Below, piece by piece: positions 55,345 to 64,000 of a stretch of 64,000 nucleotides of DNA. Position numbers and translations under genes: made by a program. Every line of letters starts with the position of its first letter. The first letter of the stretch is position 1. The notes below the pieces were generated by a model. The model did no database searches. It was not told the DNA's origin and saw only the letters and a program-made list of their open reading frames with translations. This DNA comes from Candidatus Hydrogenedentota bacterium. Lineage in GTDB: Bacteria > Hydrogenedentota > Hydrogenedentia > Hydrogenedentales > SLHB01. The stretch covers positions 128,001 to 192,000 of the forward strand of contig CAVUWV010000008.1 of the NCBI GenBank assembly GCA_963745075.1. Reading direction: 5' to 3'.

Positions 55345-56139
55345 ATGGAGTATTCGTTGGTGAAACCGACTTTGGAAGACCTTCGGGATGCCATTTCGGC
55401 GGGTCCGCCGTTTGCGGAGGAGTTGCTGGCGGCTCTGAAGTCGGACGAACGGGCGGGTGCGCGGGTCTTGTATGAACGGTGTCTGCGGGACACAGGCCGG
55501 ACCGAAGCCGAGGCCGCGCGGTTGGACGCCATGCTGGAATTTGAAACTGCCGCCCGGAAAAACGGATTCCAGCGGATCGCCGGCGTCGACGAGGCGGGGC
55601 GGGGTCCTCTGGCGGGACCGATCGTCGCCGGGGCCGTTGTTTTGAATGGGCCGGTTTCGGGTTTGAACGATTCGAAGCTATTGACCAAGGCGCAACGGGA
55701 GACCCTGTTCGACGTATTGTACGGCGGGGGCCATGACATCGGCTGCGCCGCGGTGCCGTCAGAAGAGATCGATGCCATGGGTATCCAGGCCGCCAACTAC
55801 ACGGCCATGCTTCGCGCCGTAAATGACTTACGTGAGGCGCCGGACTTCTTGCTGGTGGACGGGTTCGCCATCCCGGGATGCGCCGTGCCCCACGAACGAT
55901 TGGTGAAAGGCGACCGCCGTTCGCAGTCCATCGCCGCAGCGAGTATCATAGCGAAAGTCACGCGCGACCGCGTGATGAATGAGTTGGACGCCGCGTACCC
56001 GGGTTATGGGTTTGCCAGGCACAAGGGGTACGCAACGCGCGAACACCTGGATGCCATCGAGCGGCTGGGGCCGTGCCCCACGCATCGGATGAGCTTCGCC
56101 CCCATCGCCCGCGCCGTGGAGTCGGGCGAGCTGTTCTGA
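55345..56139 (+). CDS. rnhB: Ribonuclease HII
   Basis: GVDEAGRGPLAGP, LNDSK, KGD, SIAAASIIAKVTRD, HKGY. Confidence 0.97.
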   Translation: MEYSLVKPTLEDLRDAISAGPPFAEELLAALKSDERAGARVLYERCLRDTGRTEAEAARLDAMLEFETAARKNGFQRIAGVDEAGRGPLAGPIVAGAVVLNGPVSGLNDSKLLTKAQRETLFDVLYGGGHDIGCAAVPSEEIDAMGIQAANYTAMLRAVNDLREAPDFLLVDGFAIPGCAVPHERLVKGDRRSQSIAAASIIAKVTRDRVMNELDAAYPGYGFARHKGYATREHLDAIERLGPCPTHRMSFAPIARAVESGELF

Positions 56140-56193
56140 CACCGGCATGAGACCTATCGGCGCGGAGCGCGCTTTGCGAAACGAGGAACTACC

Positions 56194-57876
56194 TTGATGC
56201 GACTGATGACGACGATCGTTCTGGCGATTTCGGCGGGTTGTGCCACGGCGCCCAGCGCGGAGCAATTCAGCAACAACTCCGTTTCGCGCGAGGCGGAGGG
56301 ATACAACCACTACCTCGCCGGCGTGTTGTACCAGCGGAACGGGCAATTCGACCAAGCGGCCCAGGAATTCCGCAAAGCGTCGGATCTGTTGCCGGATTCC
56401 ACGCTCTTGAATATCCGCCTCGTGCAGTTCTACATCGACGTGCAGGACTACGAGAACGCCGAGATCATGTGCAAACGCGTGCTCAAACGGGTGCCGGACG
56501 ACGCGAGCCTGTGGATCATCCTGGCCACGCTGTACCAGCAGGAGGACAAGCACGAGGCAGCCGCCGAGGCCATCGAGAAGGCCATGGCCTTGAAGCCGCA
56601 GACGCTGGAAGACTTTGAAGGATTGCTCCGCGTCGGCGAACTGGCCAACGATCGCATCACTACGATCGACGTGCTGCGAAAGCTCTCCGAACTCATCCCC
56701 GATTCCGCGGAAGTGTACCTGCGCTTGGGCATGAGTCTGGCCCGTATCGACAACGGCGAAGACGCGCAGGCCGCCCTCGAAAAGGCGTTGAAGTTGGATC
56801 CATCGATGGTCCAGGCGCGGTCGCTGCTGGGCATCGTGTATCTCGAAGAAGACAAAAACGAGGAAGCCGCCGAGCAGTTCCGCCTGTATCTGGACAAGAT
56901 GCCGGAGGACGACGGCAGCCGCGAGTTTCTGGCGGGCGCCCTGGCTCGAATGGGGCAATACGGCGACGCCGATTCGGAAATCAATACCATTGTCAAAAAC
57001 GGCCATCCGGAACCGATTCAGTATCTCGAACAGGTTTACCTGCTGATCCGGGCCGACCGCGCGGAGGAAGCGACGGCCGTTGTACCGACGAATGACACCC
57101 CGATCCTGGGCACGGTCTTTCGCGCCCTCGCCCGCCGCGCTGCGGGCAAACCCTACCGCCCCTTGTTGGAATCGCTCGATGGCGCGGAAGGCGATCTCGA
57201 TTTCGAATGCACCGAGTATCTCAATGGGCTGCTGTACCTCTTCGGACAAGAGAACGCGGGAGGGTATCTGATCGATGCGCTCACAGCAATGCGCACCGAA
57301 GTTCCCTCGCGGACGCTCGACCTGGTTCAAGCCCGCGCGCTGATGAGCATGGACCGGGATCGGGATGCCGCAGACATCCTGGAAACCGTGGGGGCGCAAG
57401 CGGAGGACGACAAACTGGTCCACTACTATCTGGGGACGGTTTACGAATCGCTGGATCAATACCGCGACGCGGACCGTGAGATGCGGCGGTGCCTCGCGAT
57501 CGATCCCTCCGACGCGGAAACCATGAACAATCTGGCCTACATGTACGCCGAACAGGGGATCAAGCTGGACGAGGCGGAACGCCTGCTAAAGAAGGCCTTG
57601 GAACTTTCGCCGGACAATGGGTTCTACCTCGACAGTCTCGGCTGGGTGTACTTCAAGAAAGGCAAAGCGGACCTCGCGATCGAGTACATCCGCCGCGCGA
57701 TTCTCGCCATGAACCGCGACGACGCGGTGCTCCGGGACCATCTGGGCGATGCCTATATGCTCAAGGGCGACGCCAAGAAAGCCGTGGGGGAATGGGATCG
57801 GGCCCGCCGGCTGGATCCTTCCCTCGAAGGCGTCCAAGACAAGATTGACGCCCACCGGAAAGCCTCGGACCTCTGA
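56194..57876 (+). CDS. TPR-repeat lipoprotein
   Basis: Lipobox ISAGC; many TPRs; NNLAY...YLDSLGWVY...DHLGD. Confidence 0.88.
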   Translation: MMRLMTTIVLAISAGCATAPSAEQFSNNSVSREAEGYNHYLAGVLYQRNGQFDQAAQEFRKASDLLPDSTLLNIRLVQFYIDVQDYENAEIMCKRVLKRVPDDASLWIILATLYQQEDKHEAAAEAIEKAMALKPQTLEDFEGLLRVGELANDRITTIDVLRKLSELIPDSAEVYLRLGMSLARIDNGEDAQAALEKALKLDPSMVQARSLLGIVYLEEDKNEEAAEQFRLYLDKMPEDDGSREFLAGALARMGQYGDADSEINTIVKNGHPEPIQYLEQVYLLIRADRAEEATAVVPTNDTPILGTVFRALARRAAGKPYRPLLESLDGAEGDLDFECTEYLNGLLYLFGQENAGGYLIDALTAMRTEVPSRTLDLVQARALMSMDRDRDAADILETVGAQAEDDKLVHYYLGTVYESLDQYRDADREMRRCLAIDPSDAETMNNLAYMYAEQGIKLDEAERLLKKALELSPDNGFYLDSLGWVYFKKGKADLAIEYIRRAILAMNRDDAVLRDHLGDAYMLKGDAKKAVGEWDRARRLDPSLEGVQDKIDAHRKASDL

Positions 57877-57886
57877 AGGATTCCCG

Positions 57887-60310
57887 CTACCGATTGTTCT
57901 GGGGCGGGGCAAGCACGTAGGACTTGCCACGACGAAGGATCAGGATGTCGTCGGCCTTGGTGAGCGTTACCGTCTGCTCTTGGGGATTGAACTCGCCGGC
58001 CGACCATCCATCGAAGACGTCGTCGCCGACGGAATAGGTGCCGTCTCGCGAACGGCCGTCGGGGAGTATGACGCGAATCGAGAAAACAGCGGGTTTGCCC
58101 GGCGTCGCCATGATGCCGCGCAACTCGACTTGGGGTGCGATCTGCCGCATCAACTCTTCGGACATCCCCGTTTGCGCAGGGGCCGTTCCGCTGGACGCAC
58201 CTTGCGCGACGGATTGCGATGCTTCCTTTTCCCGCCCTTGATCTTCGATCGTAAACTCGCGCTCACGCGTCTTCTCTGGGTCCGCTGACTTCAGCAGCAC
58301 ACGGTACGTGCCCGGTTTCAAGTGATACGTCAGTTTTGCTTGCATGCCCGAGGGAATGGACATCATCTCGTTGCCGGTCATGGGGATTTTGAATTCACGG
58401 CCCGCCGCTTGCACCTTGTCCGGCGGTCCGGCATCAACCCACGACGAATCCCCTATCTTCGTATCGAAGAAGAATTCATAGGCATTTGCCATACTCGAAT
58501 TGGGCGCGAGCACCAACATTCGCGCCCCGTGGTTGACGACGGTAACGGTCGTCTCCACATTTGCGGGGTCGCCTTCGATTGCCTTGGATTCGGCGCGTAT
58601 CACGGGATCTGCGAGACGGTATCCCCCCCAGTCGGTAAAGACCCCGGCGAGCCCAAGCGCCATGACGAGGGCAACCACCGGAAACAACGCCCTTGTGTCG
58701 CGCGACGAGAGAAGCGCCATGGCAGAGGCGGTGCCGATCCCACACATGGCCAGGAGGTAGACAACAATTCCCGTTCGCTGGAGCCAGGGACCGCCCTCTC
58801 GCAGGCGTTCCGCGACAATCCCCATTCCATACTCCGACCCGTGAATGTACACCGCCGACAAAAGACCGGCGAACAGCCATATCGCAGCCAGGAACACCCC
58901 GCGGGCCGCGCGTTGGGGCATGAAAGACACGAGTGCCACGAGAATCGCCGTGACCATCGGAAAGGACACGAGCCAGTGGGCATCCGGTTCCTGGGCGGCC
59001 AGGTTGCGGAATAGGTTTAATGGCGTCGCCTGGCCCGTCACCGGCAAGAACAAGACAAAGAGCATCAGCGCCGCGGATACGAAAGCCACCCAGGATTCTG
59101 CGGGCGTGCGAGACGGCGGCCCCGGTTTCGCAAGTCGGCTGAGGAAGGTGCCACGCAACCGGGGCACTTCTTCCGAGGTATTTGCATTCAACGCGCGGAC
59201 CACCATGACCCGGGCTTTCGCGAGGTCGCTCCGCGCTTTAATGCAACGGCTTTCAATTCCGTTGAATTCGTCGCGATCGATCCGCCCGGCTTTCAATCGT
59301 CCCCGCACGTGATCGAGTTGGGCGTCGAGACCATCCGCGTCGCTCGCGTAGTCTTCGGCCAGTTGCTCCAACCGTTCGCGGCAGAACTGCACGTGAGCCC
59401 GGGCGCGCATGCGTTCTCCGTCCGCTTCAGCCCGGCACTCTTCCACGGATCGCTCGGACATGGCGGCGCCGGTTTTCATCCGTTCGGCTTCGCTCAGTTT
59501 TCGTTCAGCCAAGGCCCGCTCTTCCAGCGCCTCGCGTAGTTCGTCAACGTGCGCGTTCAGCAGGGGTTCGCCGCCGTCCGGCTCCGTGGACAGGCTTACG
59601 CGCGGCAGCGATTTTGGGGTCTGGCTCAAGGGGACGTTCTGATGGCCGCCGGCCACATGCGGATCGTCCACGGCGAGCCATCCGCGAAGATTCGTTTGCC
59701 GCCGTTCAAAGTGATCTCGCTTCTTGCGGAGACGGGTCACCTGCTCCTGGTATTGATCGAAGGCAATCTCGCCCACGCGAACGGCCAGGCTCAGTTCGGC
59801 AATTTTTTCTTGAACGGACGCCAACTCGATGGCCGTCTCCATGAGACGCTGTCGCAGTTCCTCCTCGAGATCGGATTGCAGGTTCTTGATTCGGGTGCGG
59901 TATCCGACCAGTTCCGCGCGATTCGCGTCCTTCTTACCCGAGGTCGGGCCCAGTTCGTCCAGCGCCCGAATCTGCCGGTCCACGGCGGCTTGAAGATTGC
60001 ACAGGAGACGCAACGGTTCGAGCACTTCGAACGGCGCGGTACTCTTCTTGCGCTTCCCGTCGTCGGTATCGGCGGCCGGCGAAACCTCGCGTTCGTCGAT
60101 TGGACGGTGTTTGACCTTACGAAGGAACTCGGGGTGGTCCCGGAGATAGAGTTCGGTGGTGTTGGCCGGTATTTCGTCCGGCCGCGGGATGCGGATCTTC
60201 TGTCGACAGGCCACACATTTTCCGGGGCGCCCGAACATGTCTTCGGACACCTTCATTTTTTGCCCGCAAACGCAGTAAATACGCAGTTGCGCTGCCTCGC
60301 TGCTAGGCAT
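57887..60310 (-). CDS. Hypothetical membrane protein: Zn ribbon, coiled coil, multi-TM region, extracytoplasmic beta domains
   Basis: CVCG-x-CVAC near the N-terminus; long E/R/L/A helical region; about six hydrophobic segments; GGGAGG RBS. Confidence 0.8.
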   Translation of the reverse strand: MPSSEAAQLRIYCVCGQKMKVSEDMFGRPGKCVACRQKIRIPRPDEIPANTTELYLRDHPEFLRKVKHRPIDEREVSPAADTDDGKRKKSTAPFEVLEPLRLLCNLQAAVDRQIRALDELGPTSGKKDANRAELVGYRTRIKNLQSDLEEELRQRLMETAIELASVQEKIAELSLAVRVGEIAFDQYQEQVTRLRKKRDHFERRQTNLRGWLAVDDPHVAGGHQNVPLSQTPKSLPRVSLSTEPDGGEPLLNAHVDELREALEERALAERKLSEAERMKTGAAMSERSVEECRAEADGERMRARAHVQFCRERLEQLAEDYASDADGLDAQLDHVRGRLKAGRIDRDEFNGIESRCIKARSDLAKARVMVVRALNANTSEEVPRLRGTFLSRLAKPGPPSRTPAESWVAFVSAALMLFVLFLPVTGQATPLNLFRNLAAQEPDAHWLVSFPMVTAILVALVSFMPQRAARGVFLAAIWLFAGLLSAVYIHGSEYGMGIVAERLREGGPWLQRTGIVVYLLAMCGIGTASAMALLSSRDTRALFPVVALVMALGLAGVFTDWGGYRLADPVIRAESKAIEGDPANVETTVTVVNHGARMLVLAPNSSMANAYEFFFDTKIGDSSWVDAGPPDKVQAAGREFKIPMTGNEMMSIPSGMQAKLTYHLKPGTYRVLLKSADPEKTREREFTIEDQGREKEASQSVAQGASSGTAPAQTGMSEELMRQIAPQVELRGIMATPGKPAVFSIRVILPDGRSRDGTYSVGDDVFDGWSAGEFNPQEQTVTLTKADDILILRRGKSYVLAPPQNNR

Positions 60311-60690
60311 ACTGGCCTCCCTATACCTTCCCCACTGAAGGGTGCCTGATACACGCAAATGATTGCAAGCTTATCGGATAGCGGAAGTTATCCGCGCTTG
60401 CGATTCCGCCGGATGGGTCCGCGGACGGGAATTGCTGCGGCACGGTGCGGTGTGGGGTGGTTAATTCGACCACACCCGGGCAAGAACGAATCCTGGTCAA
60501 CACTGCCCAAAATCACAAAGGCAACAATTCTTCGTCACATATCTTCGTCACATATTGGTCGGTGGCTGACGAGGTCTCGTCGCTTTGACAGGTTTTTGCC
60601 GGTTCAACGCGCAGTTCGCCGGAATGGCCAGAAACGCATAAACGCAACAGACAAAGTAGTTTACAAAGAAGATGATGGCAAACCTCATGT

Positions 60691-60706
60691 TGGCACAACC
60701 ATTGCG
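60691..60706 (+). promoter_or_regulatory. Sigma-54 (-24/-12) promoter
   Basis: TGGCAC-AACCA-TTGCG with exact GG-N10-GC spacing; intergenic, AT-rich tract and repeated motifs upstream. Confidence 0.75.
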
Positions 60707-60716
60707 TTATTCTGAT

Positions 60717-61260
60717 CGTCTCGCTTAGAAGACGGAAAAGCACGGTCCCAGCAAGACCCCCGGATCCCCAGCCGGGGGTTCTTGCTGTCCGGAGCACGAG
60801 TTCACACTGCTGCTCGGACTTGGGGGGCGCACCAATCGGAGGGGAGCGTCCGCACTCCGCGGAAGAGGAACGGACATTGAAGCGGGGAATCGACTGCGTG
60901 GTTTCCTTCGCTGACCAGTCGTGGTTCACCCGGCAACCCCGTGCTGCCTACAACGAGGATTGTCGAACGAGTCGTTAGCAGCACGGACCGAGAGCACCGT
61001 GTCCTGATAACGAGTGGGCGTGCTGGCCAGCTCGGGCCAGGCGCGTCGCAGCACGGGGTTGAGGGTGAATCCGTTCGAATGCGTCGCACTTCCCAATCGC
61101 ACCATTTCCTTCCCCGGCGTTTCTCCCCACGCACCCAGTTTCCAACGCGAGTTCGGGTGCTGAACCCTGAAACAAATCTGAATTTTCGACTGGGAATGTG
61201 ACCAAGACGTGGGATGAGCCGACGCGTTCAAGGGCCGTACGAACCGCCCCGGCACCGGCC
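60717..61260 (+). ncRNA. Candidate structured non-coding RNA or long leader (family unassigned)
   Basis: No credible CDS; consecutive hairpins and a perfect 14-bp helix (60934-60947/61048-61061); starts at the predicted sigma-54 +1. Confidence 0.45.
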
Positions 61261-61361
61261 GCGCTCCAGGGCCTGACGTTGCCTGTGTGACTCCGACCCG
61301 ATACAATGACAGCGGGCTGCGCGGTGGCCCCGCAAAACACGTGTGAAGGCAGGAGGGCGTT

Positions 61362-61856
61362 ATGAACGCGATCGAATCTTTGATGGAGGGGTTTACCCAT
61401 GAATCGGCGGCGACCCGAAAGATCCTGGAGCGGGTGCCGGAGGAACATTTCGGCTGGAAACCCCACGAGAAATCGATGACCTTGGGGCGGCTCGCCTCAC
61501 ATGTCGCCGAGAATGCACAATGGGCGCCGTGGATTCTGACGATGGACGAATTCGTGGTGGAAGAAGGCAGCTACACGCCTTTCGACGCGAAGGATAGGGA
61601 CGACTTGTTGGCCACATTCGATCGCCATGTTAAAGAGGCCCAAAAGGCCTTCGAGGGCGCCGATGAAAGCTCACTCGAAAAGACCTGGCGGATGAAGTGG
61701 GGCGGCGCGGTCGTGGTCGACATGCCCCGGGCAGCGGTCTTGAACATGTTCCTTCTCGGCCATTTGATCCATCATCGCGGGCAGCTTACGGTGTACTTGC
61801 GGATGAAGGATGTGCCGCTCCCGCAACTGTACGGTCCCACCGCCGACGAGCGGTAG
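61362..61856 (+). CDS. DinB-family protein
   Basis: WKPHEKSMTLGRLASH, HLIHHRGQLTVYLRM...P.LYGP; AGGAGG RBS. Confidence 0.92.
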   Translation: MNAIESLMEGFTHESAATRKILERVPEEHFGWKPHEKSMTLGRLASHVAENAQWAPWILTMDEFVVEEGSYTPFDAKDRDDLLATFDRHVKEAQKAFEGADESSLEKTWRMKWGGAVVVDMPRAAVLNMFLLGHLIHHRGQLTVYLRMKDVPLPQLYGPTADER

Positions 61857-61909
61857 CCGAACACGCGACAAACATTCAGATCTACCGGGCAATGGGGTAG
61901 TTACACGAT

Positions 61910-62383
61910 ATGGCCTTGGAAATTGAGCGAAAGTTTCTCGTGAAACCCGACGCATGGCAACCGCCGGAGCGGTTCAAGAAGTGCAAACAGGGGTACCTCG
62001 CGGTGGGTCCGCCGGTGGCGGTTCGTGTGCGGATCATGGACGGGGTCGGCACGTTGAACGTCAAGACCGCGACCATCGATATTTCGCGCATGGAGTTCGA
62101 ATACGAAATCCCGGTGGAAGACGCGGAGGAACTCCTGCAAGAGGCCTGTCTGGGCCGGATTGTCGAGAAGACCCGATATTACGAAGACCACGCCGGCCGG
62201 CGTTGGGAAGTCGACGTTTTCGAAGGCGCTAACAACGGATTGATCGTGGCCGAGTTGGAATTGGAAAGTCCGAACCAGGAGTTCGAGAAACCGCCTTGGG
62301 TGGGTGAGGAAGTCTCGGGGGATCCGCGCTATCTGAATTCGCGCCTCTGTCTCAATCCCTATACTGCGTGGGCGAAACGATGA
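61910..62383 (+). CDS. CYTH-domain protein (triphosphate tunnel metalloenzyme)
   Basis: EIERKFL, QGYL, EFEYEIP, WEVDVF.G.N.GL..AELEL. Confidence 0.93.
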   Translation: MALEIERKFLVKPDAWQPPERFKKCKQGYLAVGPPVAVRVRIMDGVGTLNVKTATIDISRMEFEYEIPVEDAEELLQEACLGRIVEKTRYYEDHAGRRWEVDVFEGANNGLIVAELELESPNQEFEKPPWVGEEVSGDPRYLNSRLCLNPYTAWAKR

Positions 62384-63858
62384 GTACCGCCGGCGCCGTC
62401 GAAATAGCCATCGAATCCATCAACTTCTACATGCGCAACGTTCGGATGCGGCTGCCGTTTCGTTACGGTAAGGCCTGCCTGGTCGCCGCGCCGCTCTTTC
62501 ATGTGCGGCTGGTGGCGCGAAACGCGCACGGCGCGACGGCGTGCGGCGTCAGCGCCGACATGCTTCCCCCGAAATGGTTTGACAAGACGCCGGATACGGC
62601 GTACCGGCGCAACATCAGCGATCTCATTCTCGCGGCGAAGACCGGCGCGCAGGCCTACCGCGACGTTGGCGCGCAACTGCACACGCCGTTTGCGCTGTGG
62701 CAGGAAGCCTCCGACGTGACGATGGAAGCGGCATCGCTGGTCGGACTGAACGGGCTGACCGGCAGTTTTGGTTCCTCGATTATCGAGCGGGCGCTCTTGG
62801 ACGCGACGGGGAAATTGCTGGATATGGATTTTCACACGATGCTCCACAAGAACGTACTGGACGTCGACCCCGGCGCAATCCACGAGGAATTGCAGGGACG
62901 TTCGCTCACCGACAGCATTGCGCGGGAACCCGGTCGCAGCGTATTTGTCCGGCATACCGTGGGTCTTGGCGATCCCATCCGTGACGTGGACATTGCACCG
63001 GCTGATGGGTTGAATGATGGAATTCCACAAAGCCTGGAATCCTGGATTCGCGACGCGGGCGTCCGCTATTTCAAGATCAAAGTATGTGCCGATCTGGAAA
63101 CGGATTCCGTGCGGCTCAAGGCCATCGCGTCCTTGCTGAACGAAGCGTTGCCGGGAGACTATTCCATTACGCTCGATGGCAACGAACAGTTCCCGAGCTG
63201 CGACGCGCTCGAATCCTGGTACGCCGCCATCGAAGACGACAGCGATCTGCGCAGTCTCCTCGAACGGGTCCTTTTTATCGAACAACCCATCGAACGCAGC
63301 GCGGCACTGTCACCGGATGGCGCACACGGGTTAGACCTCGCCGTCGATCTGCCCCCCGTAATCATCGATGAATCCGACGACGCCCTCGACTCCTTCAAGC
63401 GTGCCGTCGCGCTGGGCTATTGCGGCGTGAGTGTGAAAAACTGCAAGGGCGTCTTCAAAGGACTGCTGAACAAGATGCTCGTCGATTACTACAACGGCGC
63501 CGAAGAGCACGGATACTTGTTGTCCGGCGAAGACCTGTGCAACCAGCCCATCGTGCCGCTTCAGCAGGACCTGTGCACACTCAGCGTGCTGGGGCTTACG
63601 CACGCGGAACGCAACGGCCATCAATATTGTGGCACGCTGGACCACGTGTCGCCGCGGGAATTGGACGGTTGCCTCGACGTGCACGGGAAATTGTACGAAC
63701 CGTTCCGGGACAGCGCGCGGCTGCAGATTCGCGGCGGCCAAATCGACCTGCGATCCCTTGCCCAGCCCGGTTTCGGTATTGGGATCGAAACCGATTTCGA
63801 ACACATGACGCCGCTGGCGGACTGGGAGTACGAGTCACTCGGAATCGACGAAGGGTAA
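62380..63858 (+). CDS. Enolase-superfamily (mandelate racemase/muconate lactonising-like) protein
   Basis: FKIKV (KxK), LDGNE, IEQP, IIDES metal-ligand motifs. Confidence 0.75.
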   Translation: MSTAGAVEIAIESINFYMRNVRMRLPFRYGKACLVAAPLFHVRLVARNAHGATACGVSADMLPPKWFDKTPDTAYRRNISDLILAAKTGAQAYRDVGAQLHTPFALWQEASDVTMEAASLVGLNGLTGSFGSSIIERALLDATGKLLDMDFHTMLHKNVLDVDPGAIHEELQGRSLTDSIAREPGRSVFVRHTVGLGDPIRDVDIAPADGLNDGIPQSLESWIRDAGVRYFKIKVCADLETDSVRLKAIASLLNEALPGDYSITLDGNEQFPSCDALESWYAAIEDDSDLRSLLERVLFIEQPIERSAALSPDGAHGLDLAVDLPPVIIDESDDALDSFKRAVALGYCGVSVKNCKGVFKGLLNKMLVDYYNGAEEHGYLLSGEDLCNQPIVPLQQDLCTLSVLGLTHAERNGHQYCGTLDHVSPRELDGCLDVHGKLYEPFRDSARLQIRGGQIDLRSLAQPGFGIGIETDFEHMTPLADWEYESLGIDEG

Positions 63859-63869
63859 CGTGGCGCGCG

Positions 63870-64000
63870 ATGGACGACGAGGCCCGCATACGCGTCGGCA
63901 CGGCTGGGTGGTCCTACGACGACTGGAAAGGGGTTGTATACCCCACTGACATGCCGCGTTCCGTTCATCCGCTTTCCTACCTGTCAAAATTCATGGATAC
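63870..64000 (+). CDS. DUF72 protein, 5' part (runs off the window)
   Basis: Manual translation MDDEARIRVGTAGWSYDDWKGVVYP. Confidence 0.85.
   Translation, partial: MDDEARIRVGTAGWSYDDWKGVVYPTDMPRSVHPLSYLSKFMD

Noticed and set aside
60717..61361. Assignment to RNase P, tmRNA, SRP RNA, group II intron or cobalamin riboswitch
   Set aside because: Short resemblances exist (AGGGTGAA, GTCAGG on the minus strand), but I could not find GAGGAAAGTCC, a tRNA-like end with tag ORF, the SRP GGAA/AGCAG loop, intron domain V or the B12 box in the right order
60359..61466. ORFs of 86-163 aa in the 60.3-61.4 kb gap
   Set aside because: They overlap on both strands, are rich in R/P/S/G, and show no recognisable motif or clear RBS

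Overview
GC-rich bacterial chromosome segment; the lineage cannot be fixed from sequence alone. In order it carries: an ectoine/hydroxyectoine synthesis plus uptake operon (ectABCD-ehuBCDA); recO-lepA-lepB-hemW; a MacAB-like ABC exporter; an alpha-galactosidase-like gene; a small accessory islet with an AbiE-like (type IV TA) pair; a radical SAM gene behind a wzm/wzt glycan exporter; a hybrid kinase and HDOD protein; a MoxR-DUF58-transglutaminase trio; uvrC; the ffh-rpsP-khpA-rimM-trmD-rplS-rnhB cluster; and several uncharacterised genes. I found no rRNA, tRNA, CRISPR array, transposase or phage gene. At least seven genes are split by single-base frameshifts, most likely assembly indels. The main observations not shown by the ORF track are four. 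(1) A sigma-54 promoter with upstream enhancer-like repeats sits before about 640 nt of apparently non-coding, densely base-paired sequence (60717-61361) with a possible two-state helix; I cannot assign it to a known RNA family. (2) A 45-aa zinc-ribbon microprotein is coupled to ectA and follows an atypical receiver gene. (3) Several unrelated families of REP-like inverted doublets occur, mostly about 150-170 bp, with largely unrelated interiors. (4) Several proteins have unusual architectures: a two-domain LepB, a Wzt with a duplicated C-terminal domain, a hydrolase with a histone-H1-like tail, and a Zn-ribbon/coiled-coil/membrane protein. All RNA folds and family assignments were made by eye and need computational confirmation.
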